Shown: positions 1 to 7,877 of the stretch, one piece after another
Layout of the letters: each line of letters opens with the position of its first letter
Position numbering within the stretch: the stretch's first letter is position 1
Source: Desulfomicrobium sp.
GTDB taxonomy: Bacteria > Desulfobacterota > Desulfovibrionia > Desulfovibrionales > Desulfomicrobiaceae
Reading direction: 5' to 3'
Length of the DNA: 64,000 nucleotides
NCBI GenBank assembly: GCA_040768745.1
Contig: JAXGMI010000003.1
Span: forward strand, 64,001-128,000
Position numbers and translations under genes: made by a program
Notes under the pieces: generated by a model
The model's input: the letters and a program-made list of their open reading frames with translations, nothing else
Told to the model about the DNA's origin: nothing
Database searches by the model: none

Positions 1-968
1 GGTGGAATCATCGTCAGCCGGCTCTTGTTTCCCTTGCCGAACTGCACCGCAAGTTGAAGCCGCTCCAGATCAACATCCCTCACCCGCAGTCGCAAAAGTT
101 CGGACAGGCGCAAACCCGAGGCGTACATAAGTTCCGCCATCAGTCGATGCGTTCCATCCATCGAGGCGAAAAGACGGGCACATTCGTCCGAGGACAGCAC
201 GGTCGGCACCTTCCGACCACGTCGCGCACGGGTAAAATCACCAAAGTCCCCGGGCTCGCGATTGAGGACCTCACGGAAAAAGAAAACCACGGCGTTCAGT
301 GCCTGGCTCTGGGTGGCTACGGATACTCGCTCCTTGACGGCCAGATCGGACAGCCAGCGGCGAACATCGCCATGACTCAATTCCACGAGAGGTTTATTTC
401 CGGAAAAGGCCATGAAGCGCCGACACCATGAGCGGTATGTTTTCTCGCTGTTCCAGGCCAGGTTTTTTTCACGAATCCGTCGCACCAGCGTTTGCTCCCA
501 CTCAGGGCCGCCCAACTCACGCGCCCCGGCAGTTGGCACGTCATTCATGGAGTAGACGCGATAGACGTCATGTACCCGGCTGGCTTTTTGTGGCGAAAGC
601 CCTTGTGACGTATCTTGGGCCGGAACTGGTTCGATTTTGCGTTCAGCACTGTTTCCGTGACCTTGAAATCCCTTGTTCGACGCGTCACCGCTCGACAAAG
701 ACACATAGTCTCCTGCCATGCGGTTTCGTCCTTCGCGATAGTACCATCGCAATGCCTCTTGTCGGATAGCGAAGCGCTGAGGCGAAAGATAGGATTGTTT
801 CCAATCGAGGTGTTCTTTGAAGACTGCGGCGCATGCGGTTTTTCCAGTCTCGCGAAGCCAGTGTCTGAATTTGATGATGGACTCGCGGTAGACCCGCTGC
901 CGATCTGACGGGACAACTTCCGCCAAAACGTGCTCCCAATCATCAAAAGAGATTACGGTTGCGTCCAT
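1..968 (-). CDS. intI: Integron integrase (partial, 3' end beyond window)
   Basis: Manual translation from ATG 968 (RBS GGAGGGG) is open to the edge: WEQTLVRRIRE..EKTYRSWCRRF..VSVATQSQALNAVVFFFREVL..RKVPTVLSSDE..LMYASGLRLSELLRLRVRDVD..GKGNKSR. Not in the ORF track because it has no stop in the window. Confidence 0.92.
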   Translation of the reverse strand, partial: MDATVISFDDWEHVLAEVVPSDRQRVYRESIIKFRHWLRETGKTACAAVFKEHLDWKQSYLSPQRFAIRQEALRWYYREGRNRMAGDYVSLSSGDASNKGFQGHGNSAERKIEPVPAQDTSQGLSPQKASRVHDVYRVYSMNDVPTAGARELGGPEWEQTLVRRIREKNLAWNSEKTYRSWCRRFMAFSGNKPLVELSHGDVRRWLSDLAVKERVSVATQSQALNAVVFFFREVLNREPGDFGDFTRARRGRKVPTVLSSDECARLFASMDGTHRLMAELMYASGLRLSELLRLRVRDVDLERLQLAVQFGKGNKSRLTMIP

Positions 969-1182
969 CTCCCCTCCGGGGGCTATTCGGTGATTTCAAG
1001 CACAAGCTTTCACGACCACATAAACATGACTTGAGTCAAAACATAAAGCTGACTTCAACGTCAAGTAGCAGCAGTATACGAGGGATAATATTCTAAAATA
1101 CAAAGACATCGTCGTTGACAAATAATTGACTAAGCGCGTAGGGATCGGAGAAAAAATTGAGACTGCCATTTGGGCGAAGTCC

Positions 1183-1202
1183 GGATAATAACACTGTTCG
1201 TT
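1183..1202 (+). other. attI site (crossover G|TTCGTT at 1196)
   Basis: GGATAATAACACT-GTTCGTT just upstream of cassette 1; GTTCGTT is near-complementary to AGCGAAC at the start of the first attC. Confidence 0.65.
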
Positions 1203-1769
1203 TAAAGATAACGAGGTGATTCATGGCAAATTTATTTTGGAAAAAAGATGGAGTAACCAAAAGTCTTCTATCTACACCCTTCAAGACTGAAGAAGAATTT
1301 GAAAAAGAAATTTTCAACACTCGTGAAATTCTAGAAGACATATTTCTAATTAAGCGTCAAATACGCGGTGGAAACAAAAATGGAATACCAGATATTGTCG
1401 GTATAGATAATGATGGCAATATTTGTATTATAGAAATGAAAAATGTCACGGTTGATGCATCCATAATTCCTCAAGTTCTCCAATACGCCTTTTGGGCAGA
1501 AACTAATCCAGATTCAATAAAATCATTATGGCTTGAGTGTGATAACAAGCCAGACGACATCGCCATTAGCTGGGATAGCTTTCAAGTGAGAATCATTGTT
1601 ATTGCACCATCAATCTTGCGCTCAACATTAGACATTGTTGATAAGATAAACTACCCTGTTGACCTTATAGAAGTAAAAAGGTGGGTTGAAGAAAAAAACT
1701 CATTATATCTTGTTAATAAATTGGAAACTGTGTATCGGTCTACGGTTTTTTGGACACGTTTTTGGTTAA

Positions 1770-2660
1770 TCAAGCCGCAACGTTCACGGCCTCTTTCTGG
1801 ATGGCCCGCACCGCTGCCGGAGTCTTGTAGCCGTGGCGTCCAATGATCCATTCCCGGTTGTACGTCTCCTTGAACTCCAAGAGGGCAAGTCGGAGTTCCT
1901 CGACCGTATCGAACCGCCGGACCCAGAGCAGGTTTTCCTTGAGCGTGCGCACGAACCTCTCGGCGATGCCGTTGCCTTGGGGTTCTCTGACGAAAGCAGG
2001 CGAACTCCGGATGCCCAGGAAGGAAACCTCCTCTTGAAACACACTGGAAACGTACTGGCTACCATTGTCATGTCGCAGGGTCAGGCCCTCTGCCACGGCG
2101 GGTCCAAAGGCTCCAAAGCTGTGGCGCACACCTTGGCGAATCGGCTCCAGGGCTTCAAAGCGCGTCCCGTACTTAGCGGCGTGGATGCCGACACACTCCA
2201 GAGAGCAGTGGTCCACGGCCAGGAAGATCGAAGCGTTGCCTTCCTGCATGGTCATCGTCGTGGTCATGTCCGTGCCCCACATCTCGTCCACCCGGGCAGT
2301 CTTGATCGTCCCGTCATGCGCCTTGGGGCCATGCGGCCTGCCGGGCTTGCGCACTGCGAGCAGGTTGTTCTCTCTCATGATCCGAAGCGTTCGCAGGGGG
2401 GACGTTCTGATGCCCTCAAAACGCAACCTGGCCCACACTTTCCGATAGCCTTCACCAGTAAAAGGGGAGTTCTGGATGCATGCCACGATGTGCCCGAACA
2501 ACTCCCCATCACTGTGGAAGCCAATAGGGCCTCGGCGGCTTGGTGTGCCCTCATTCGCAACCTTGCGTGCATAATGCGTGGACCTGGGGAGATTCCAGAC
2601 CCGGCAAACCAGCACCAGCCCATACGTCTGACCAGTGGAGGGCGAGGTGGACCGGCTCAT
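1770..2660 (-). CDS. IS3 transposase OrfB (DDE/rve domain)
   Basis: GYRKVWARL, WGTDMT, LRHDNGSQY, PQGNGIAERFVRTLKE motifs. Confidence 0.93.
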   Translation of the reverse strand: MSRSTSPSTGQTYGLVLVCRVWNLPRSTHYARKVANEGTPSRRGPIGFHSDGELFGHIVACIQNSPFTGEGYRKVWARLRFEGIRTSPLRTLRIMRENNLLAVRKPGRPHGPKAHDGTIKTARVDEMWGTDMTTTMTMQEGNASIFLAVDHCSLECVGIHAAKYGTRFEALEPIRQGVRHSFGAFGPAVAEGLTLRHDNGSQYVSSVFQEEVSFLGIRSSPAFVREPQGNGIAERFVRTLKENLLWVRRFDTVEELRLALLEFKETYNREWIIGRHGYKTPAAVRAIQKEAVNVAA

Positions 2661-3046
2661 TTCCTCGACCTCCGCAACCCCAAAGGGTCTTTTGCCTCCA
2701 TCATTCGGATCTTCTCGCGGAGCAGTTCTATCTCCATGGTCTGCTCGCCGATTTTCTCATTGAGGCGCTTGTATTCGGCCTCCTCCGCCGGAGAGCGTTT
2801 TTTGAGACTATCCGCGCCACCGGCCAGAAAGGCATCTCTCCATTGTGAGAGCGTGGCAGCCGTCACGCCGAGTTCCCGACTGAGCGTTTCGATGTCTTCA
2901 CCACGCAGAAGCCGGAGGACGGCCTCGGTCTTGTGCTGTGCCCAGAATCGCTTGGGAGTTGCCTTCGTCTCCCCGGTTCCAGTCGGCCTACGGCCTCCCT
3001 CCACCGGGGAGACGGCTGAAATATCCTTGTCGCTTTGTTTGCTCAT
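2657..3046 (-). CDS. IS3 transposase OrfA (HTH)
   Basis: KTEAVLRLLRGEDIETLSRELGVTAATLSQW HTH plus coiled coil; ATGA overlap with orfB. Confidence 0.9.
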   Translation of the reverse strand: MSKQSDKDISAVSPVEGGRRPTGTGETKATPKRFWAQHKTEAVLRLLRGEDIETLSRELGVTAATLSQWRDAFLAGGADSLKKRSPAEEAEYKRLNEKIGEQTMEIELLREKIRMMEAKDPLGLRRSRK

Positions 3047-3527
3047 GAATCACCTCATGGGGAGTCTCTCTACTCCCAATTTGGTGTCCAAGAAAACCCT
3101 ATCCCAGAGGAACTGATCCAAAAGTATCTCGCATCAAACCAACATCAGGAATGGAGGAGTATAACGAGGAATTCTATAAAAAAGAGTACAATAAAAATAG
3201 TGCCATTGAATTTATCAAATACGCCAAGGAAGTTGAAAAGTTTGTCGCGAAAAAGGATTGGAATTTAGAAACAAAATTTAACAAACATTATTGTGGCTTC
3301 AAAGCTGGCTTCTTCAATGCTTTCGGCATTCAGTGGATTGGTACTAAAACTTTTGCTCTTTTCTTTAAGCTACCGGAAGATGAGGCCAAGAGCACAAAAA
3401 TACAAATGACGAAATACGAATCTCAATGGAAGCAAGCTGTTTATTATATTGAACCTGGAAAAACGAAAATCAGTGATTATGAACCACTTTTTGATTTGGC
3501 CTATAAGAAATTGACAGGAAATTGAAA

Positions 3528-3588
3528 AGCGAACAAGGCGCTCAAGCCGATCGCCGCTTCGCGGCTCAGGCTTAGCTCTGCGTTATGT
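3528..3588 (+). other. attC site 1 (61 bp)
   Basis: R'' AGCGAAC, L'' GCTCAAGCC / L' GGCTTAGC with one extrahelical base, R' GTTATGT. Confidence 0.9.
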
Positions 3589-3613
3589 GGTTCGAGCAAT
3601 TTGAGGTACAGAT

Positions 3614-4564
3614 ATGCAATTTGGGAAAATACACAAGCTGAGTCCAAGAGACATATGGCCCAAAGAGGCAAAGGATTTCACACCTTGGCTTGCCGACAAC
3701 ATCGGAGCGCTTGGTGAAGCCCTTGGAATGGAACTTGAGCTGAAGGAAACCGAAGCGGCTGTTGGGGATTTCTCATTGGATCTATTGGCAAAGGACTTGG
3801 GTTCCGGCCACACTGTAATAATTGAGAACCAATTGACTCAAACAGATCACGATCATCTCGGCAAGCTGCTGACGTATGCAGCCGGTTTCGGCGCATCAAC
3901 AGTGGTATGGGTTGCTGAAGTTGTGCGAGATGAACATAGACAGGCTTTGGAGTGGCTAAATCAGCGGACTGACGAAGACACTCAGTTTTTTGGAGTTGTT
4001 GTTGAGGTCTTCAAGATTGACGATTCTAAACCCGCCTACAGCTTTAAACCGGTCGTTTCTCCAAGCGAATGGCAGAAATCAAGAAAAAGGCAAGCTATCG
4101 AAACTGTCTCCGCGAAAGGAGAGATGTACCGTAATTACTTCCAGGCATTGATTGATGAGCTTAGAGAAAAACACCAGTTCACAAATGCGAAGGTTGGGCA
4201 ACCTCAGAATTGGTATTCCTTTTCTTCTGGCATTTCTGGCATCACTTTTGGCGCTGTCTTCGTGCAAGGGGGCAAGGCACGTACTGAGTTTTACATAGAC
4301 TTTGGCGAAGGTGAGAAGAACAAGGCATTGTTTGATTGGCTATACGATAAAAGAGACGAAATTCACTCGAAATTGGGTAAAGAACTCGAGTGGGAACGTC
4401 TTGATGATAAGAGGGCTTCACGCATTGCGGTCTATAGGGACGGTTCAATTCAATCCAGTGAAGCCGAGCTAATGGAAATTAAGGCCTGGCATGTTGAAAA
4501 TCTTATCAATTTCAAGAGGATCTTGACTCCTCTTATAAAGAAAGAGATCAAGGTACATGCGTGA
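3614..4564 (+). CDS. Cassette 2: DUF4268-domain protein with N-terminal PD-(D/E)XK-like domain
   Basis: EAKDFTPWLADN, DFSLDLLAKD..VIIENQLTQTDHDHLGKLLTYAAG; C-terminal LEWERLDDKRASRI typical of DUF4268. Confidence 0.85.
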   Translation: MQFGKIHKLSPRDIWPKEAKDFTPWLADNIGALGEALGMELELKETEAAVGDFSLDLLAKDLGSGHTVIIENQLTQTDHDHLGKLLTYAAGFGASTVVWVAEVVRDEHRQALEWLNQRTDEDTQFFGVVVEVFKIDDSKPAYSFKPVVSPSEWQKSRKRQAIETVSAKGEMYRNYFQALIDELREKHQFTNAKVGQPQNWYSFSSGISGITFGAVFVQGGKARTEFYIDFGEGEKNKALFDWLYDKRDEIHSKLGKELEWERLDDKRASRIAVYRDGSIQSSEAELMEIKAWHVENLINFKRILTPLIKKEIKVHA

Positions 4565-4566
4565 CC

Positions 4567-4657
4567 GCATAACCCGGCATTCAACCGGACGCGGAACACA
4601 GTTTGTTTTATTTTCCCCGGCGTTTTGTGCGCCGCGCCGGTTAATTTTGTGTTAGGC
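4567..4657 (+). other. attC site 2 (91 bp)
   Basis: R'' GCATAAC, L'' ATTCAACCGG / L' CCGGTTAAT, R' GTTAGGC. Confidence 0.9.
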
Positions 4658-4691
4658 AGACCCTGCGGGCGGCAATCCTAAGGAGTTAATT

Positions 4692-5795
4692 TTGAGATAC
4701 TTCATAGACCTGTTTTCTCCTCAAACATTCTCAAAATTCTTAGCTTCAGATAAAAGCATTTCTGGATATGGGAAGAGACAGGAGGGAATTGCAAGTACTA
4801 TAAAAAAGGGAGACCTGTTTATCTGTTACTTAACCAAGGTTTCCCGATTTTGTGGCATTTTAGAGGTCCAAGATAAGTATCTCATAGACTCTACTCCTAT
4901 CTTCACAGATGAAGACGATCCATACATTGTTAGATTTAAGGTAAAACCAATCGTCCTTTTGGATATAGATAAGTCTATTCCGATATTTGAAGATATTCTT
5001 TGGAAAGAACTACATTTTACTCAGGATAAAATGTGGACATCAATGATTAGGTCGAGCCTACGGGAATTAAATGAACATGATGGAAAGATATTGATAAATG
5101 CCCTTATGAATCAAATCGGAGATAATGCAAAGCAGTATCAATTAACAGAGGTAGATCAGAAAAAGCTTAAGCTCCAGAAGCATACCGTAAAGACTCATGA
5201 AAAAGTAATAACTGTTTCTGTTCCAGAAAATGAAACCGACAATAAGAACTCGGTAACCGAAGATATTGAGGTAAGAGAATCAATTAAGATACAAGCAGAA
5301 TTGGCAAGAATTGGTGATCAAATGGGAATGAAAATATGGATTCCTAGATCTGATCGCCAACGAGTATTATTATATTTAAAGGGTAAATTTGACAGTTTTG
5401 TTGATAGTCTTCCTCTAAACTATGACTCAACCACATTAACTACAATTGAGAATATAGATGTCCTATGGCTTAAAGGAAGATCAATTATAAGAGCTTTTGA
5501 GGTTGAACATACAACATCTATATATTCAGGAATTTTACGAATGGCAGATTTAATGGCTTTGCAGCCAAATCTTGATATTAGGGCTCACATTGTTGCCCCA
5601 GAAGAAAGAAAGGAAAAGGTTTTTCAGGAAATAACTAGACCGGTATTCTCTTTACTAGAAGGTAGACCACTTTCAGAAAGATGCACATTTATTTCATATG
5701 ATTCTGTTCTCGAATTAGCAAAGGAAAAGCGATTGCAATATATGAATGACATGGTTTTGGAAGAGTATCAAGAATATGGATCAGAAGATGCCTAA
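4692..5795 (+). CDS. Cassette 3: EVE(PUA-like)-domain + PD-(D/E)XK endonuclease-like protein
   Basis: N-terminal IKKGDLFICYLTKVSRFCGILEV..DPYIVRFKVKP; C-terminal IDVLWLKGRSIIRAFEVEHTTSIYSGILRMADL; TTG start with AAGGAG RBS. Confidence 0.78.
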   Translation: MRYFIDLFSPQTFSKFLASDKSISGYGKRQEGIASTIKKGDLFICYLTKVSRFCGILEVQDKYLIDSTPIFTDEDDPYIVRFKVKPIVLLDIDKSIPIFEDILWKELHFTQDKMWTSMIRSSLRELNEHDGKILINALMNQIGDNAKQYQLTEVDQKKLKLQKHTVKTHEKVITVSVPENETDNKNSVTEDIEVRESIKIQAELARIGDQMGMKIWIPRSDRQRVLLYLKGKFDSFVDSLPLNYDSTTLTTIENIDVLWLKGRSIIRAFEVEHTTSIYSGILRMADLMALQPNLDIRAHIVAPEERKEKVFQEITRPVFSLLEGRPLSERCTFISYDSVLELAKEKRLQYMNDMVLEEYQEYGSEDA

Positions 5796-5890
5796 CAAAC
5801 GCTTCAACTGGACTCGGTGCCCTGAAGCCTAGACCTACGGACGCTAGCCTGGAAACACAGGTACCTCGCCAGTTAAGCGAAATGTTCGGC
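5790..5890 (+). other. attC site 3 (101 bp)
   Basis: R'' GCCTAAC overlapping the stop codon, L'' CGCTTCAACTGG / L' CCAGTTAAGCG, R' GTTCGGC. Confidence 0.9.
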
Positions 5891-5906
5891 AAAAAGAAAC
5901 AACGAC

Positions 5907-6602
5907 ATGAACACACCATGGCAATACAATGAAACGGCTCAGGTAGGAACTGACTACTGCAACGAGAGCGAAGTCGCTGCGTATGACGAGCGGATGCAGA
6001 AACTTCGCAATACGGGTGCCGAGGCAACAGACATCGCAAAAGCTCTGAACCTCTCGGCAGACTCAACCGTATGGGAGATCGGTACTGGCACAGGAGAGTG
6101 CGCCATTGCCCTCTGTGATGTGGTCAAACATGTCTACGCCACGGATGTTTCTCCGGCGATGCTTGAGTGCGCCCGGCGAAAAGCGAACCAGCGCGGTATT
6201 ACGAATATCACGTTTGCAAATGGAGGGTTCCTGTCAGGATTCCGTCCTGATCATTCCGTAGATGGGGTCGTCACTCAACTGGCATTGCATCACCTCCCGG
6301 ACTTTTGGAAGTTTAGAGCCATTTCAGCAATCGCAAACAGTCTTCGTCCCAAAGGGCGTCTATATCTTCGCGATGTTGTTTTCTCTTCGGCAACTGTTGA
6401 TTACGATGCCTTCTTCCAAGTTGTAATAGAGGGTGTTAGATCAAGCGCAGGCGACGATGTGGCAGAGCAAACGGTACAGCACATCAAGACCGAGTTTTCG
6501 ACACTGGATTGGATCCTTGAAGGAATGATCGAGCGCAATGGATTGACCATCGTCGAAAGAAGACAGGAAGGATTCCTGTCGGTCTATATCTGTGAAAAAT
6601 GA
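5907..6602 (+). CDS. Cassette 4: class I SAM-dependent methyltransferase
   Basis: VWEIGTGTG motif I, ATDVSPAML, ALHHLPD, LRPKGRLYLRD. Confidence 0.9.
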   Translation: MNTPWQYNETAQVGTDYCNESEVAAYDERMQKLRNTGAEATDIAKALNLSADSTVWEIGTGTGECAIALCDVVKHVYATDVSPAMLECARRKANQRGITNITFANGGFLSGFRPDHSVDGVVTQLALHHLPDFWKFRAISAIANSLRPKGRLYLRDVVFSSATVDYDAFFQVVIEGVRSSAGDDVAEQTVQHIKTEFSTLDWILEGMIERNGLTIVERRQEGFLSVYICEK

Positions 6603-6604
6603 AA

Positions 6605-6665
6605 GCCGAACCATGCCCTCCTGCGTACGTCGCTATCGCGCCGCCGCAGAGAGCTGACGTTAGGT
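6605..6665 (+). other. attC site 4 (61 bp)
   Basis: R'' GCCGAAC, L'' CTCCTGCG / L' CGCAGAG, R' GTTAGGT. Confidence 0.85.
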
Positions 6666-6682
6666 GGCAGCAGGAAAGTACA

Positions 6683-7132
6683 ATGAATCTCTTAGAAAAG
6701 CTGTTCCGTTCTAAATCTCCGAAACTTCAAAAGGCATCCGGTGAGTTCAAAACTTCGGGAGAGTTAATTGCCGAAGTAACGGACGGAGCAAATCTAGTAG
6801 AAGGTCAGCAAACTTGGGAAGTTGCCGAAGAAAAGAAGCACGATTTAGAAGCAATGAAAAAGTGCTGTGATGCAGAGCTTAAAACAATGGCAACAGCAGA
6901 CATCGTTGCCGCTCCCTATTACTTTGAACGCGTTGCTATTCTTTCCCGCAAAGATAAAAACTATGCTCAAGAAATTGCGTACTGTGAGAAATATATTCAG
7001 TTAGTAGAGGCCTACTACCGTAAGCACGGCACAACAGGTATTGCTGATGTTCGTAAAGGCCCACGGTTCCAGGCTATTCAAAAGCGACTACCCAAAGCCA
7101 AGGAGCTTTTAGCTCGTGCCAATGCCACCTAA
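6683..7132 (+). CDS. Cassette 5: hypothetical helical (TPR-like) protein
   Basis: ATG 6683 lies inside the cassette (track start 6599 crosses attC4); APYYFERVAILSRKDKNYAQEIAYCEKY helical-repeat-like motif. Confidence 0.75.
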   Translation: MNLLEKLFRSKSPKLQKASGEFKTSGELIAEVTDGANLVEGQQTWEVAEEKKHDLEAMKKCCDAELKTMATADIVAAPYYFERVAILSRKDKNYAQEIAYCEKYIQLVEAYYRKHGTTGIADVRKGPRFQAIQKRLPKAKELLARANAT

Positions 7133-7222
7133 CAATTCAATCAACCTGACCGCCCAAAGCTACGCTTTGGGTTCCCTCCGTTGCTGCGCAACTCCGGCGG
7201 CAGGTTATTTCCAACGTTAGGC
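7127..7222 (+). other. attC site 5 (96 bp)
   Basis: GCCACCTAAC is the exact reverse complement of the cassette start GTTAGGTGGC; L'' ATCAACCTG / L' CAGGTTAT; R' GTTAGGC. Confidence 0.92.
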
Positions 7223-7241
7223 CCATTTCATGGAGAGGGGA

Positions 7242-7275
7242 TTGACAATCGGCCACCATGTGATTACATTGTAAT
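7242..7275 (+). promoter_or_regulatory. Sigma70 promoter and operator-like palindrome of the TA cassette
   Basis: TTGACA-17 bp-TACATT; ATTACATTGTAAT palindrome overlaps the -10. Confidence 0.75.
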
Positions 7276-7301
7276 TATTATTAGTGTGGCGGAGGTGGCC
7301 T

Positions 7302-7559
7302 GTGAGAGCAAGCATTGTTCGTATCGGAAATTCGCAAGGAATCCGAATCCCGAAAGTGGTGTTGGAGCAAACACAGCTTGAGGGGGAAGTCGAGTTAGAG
7401 GTGAAGGACAGAGAGATTTTGATTCGAGCGGTTTCCAAGCCTCGTCAGGATTGGGCTCAGAAGTTCAAAGCGATGGCGGAAAAAGGGGACGACAAGCTGT
7501 TGGACAGTTCTTCTATTGACCAAACTTCTTGGGACAAGGAAGAATGGGAATGGAAGTAA
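7302..7559 (+). CDS. mazE: Cassette 6: AbrB/MazE-family antitoxin
   Basis: IVRIGNSQGIRIPK motif; GTG start after GGAGG; overlaps the toxin start. Confidence 0.9.
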   Translation: MRASIVRIGNSQGIRIPKVVLEQTQLEGEVELEVKDREILIRAVSKPRQDWAQKFKAMAEKGDDKLLDSSSIDQTSWDKEEWEWK

Positions 7560-7873
7560 AAAGATTCGATGTATTCCTAGTGAATTTAGACCCTACTGTT
7601 GGTCATGAAATAAAGAAAAGTCGTCCCTGTCTGGTGATATCCCCTGATGAGATGAACAAATTCATAACCACTGTGATTGTTGCACCGATGACGACCAAGG
7701 GTAGAGATTATCCAACCCGAGTCTCTTGTGTATTTCAAGGCAAGGAAGGCCAAATTGTTTTGGATCAGATCCGAACTGTGGACAAGGCGAGACTGGCTAA
7801 GCGCTTGGGTAAAATCGACACGGAAACTCAAGTGAAAGTCTTCTCTGGTTTGGCAGAGCTATTTTCGGAATGA
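7550..7873 (+). CDS. mazF: Cassette 6: PemK/MazF-family toxin
   Basis: VNLDPTVGHEIKKSRPCLVISPDEMN..DQIRTVDKARL. Confidence 0.93.
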   Translation: MEVKRFDVFLVNLDPTVGHEIKKSRPCLVISPDEMNKFITTVIVAPMTTKGRDYPTRVSCVFQGKEGQIVLDQIRTVDKARLAKRLGKIDTETQVKVFSGLAELFSE

Positions 7874-7877
7874 AAGG

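Larger units (their letters stand above)
1731..3110 (-). mobile_element. IS3-family insertion sequence (~1380 bp)
   Basis: orfA/orfB pair; imperfect terminal IRs (GGTTTTTTGGACAC / GTGTCCAAGAAAACC); flanking direct repeat AACTG at 1726-1730 and 3111-3115. Confidence 0.88.
1223..3525 (+). pseudogene. Cassette 1: NucS/EndoMS-like PD-(D/E)XK nuclease with C-terminal DUF5655-like domain, split by IS3
   Basis: 1223-1730 joined to 3116-3525 gives an open 305-aa frame (..NKLET|DPKVSRIKPTSGMEEY..); motif GIPDIVGIDNDGNICIIEMK..QVLQY. Confidence 0.8.

Noticed and set aside
54..946. Short ORFs on both strands listed in the track over 54-946
   Set aside because: Shadows of intI, which occupies a third minus-strand frame from 968 to the edge.
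1115..1145. TTGACA/TTGACT as the Pc cassette promoter
   Set aside because: No convincing -10 at 16-18 bp; cannot be called from sequence alone.
1833..3116. 427-aa plus-strand ORF
   Set aside because: Antisense to the IS3 orfA/orfB; no recognisable motifs.
5907..6602. Cassette 4 as cognate DNA methyltransferase for the nuclease cassettes
   Set aside because: No NPPY/DPPY or PC catalytic motif; looks like a small-molecule class I methyltransferase.
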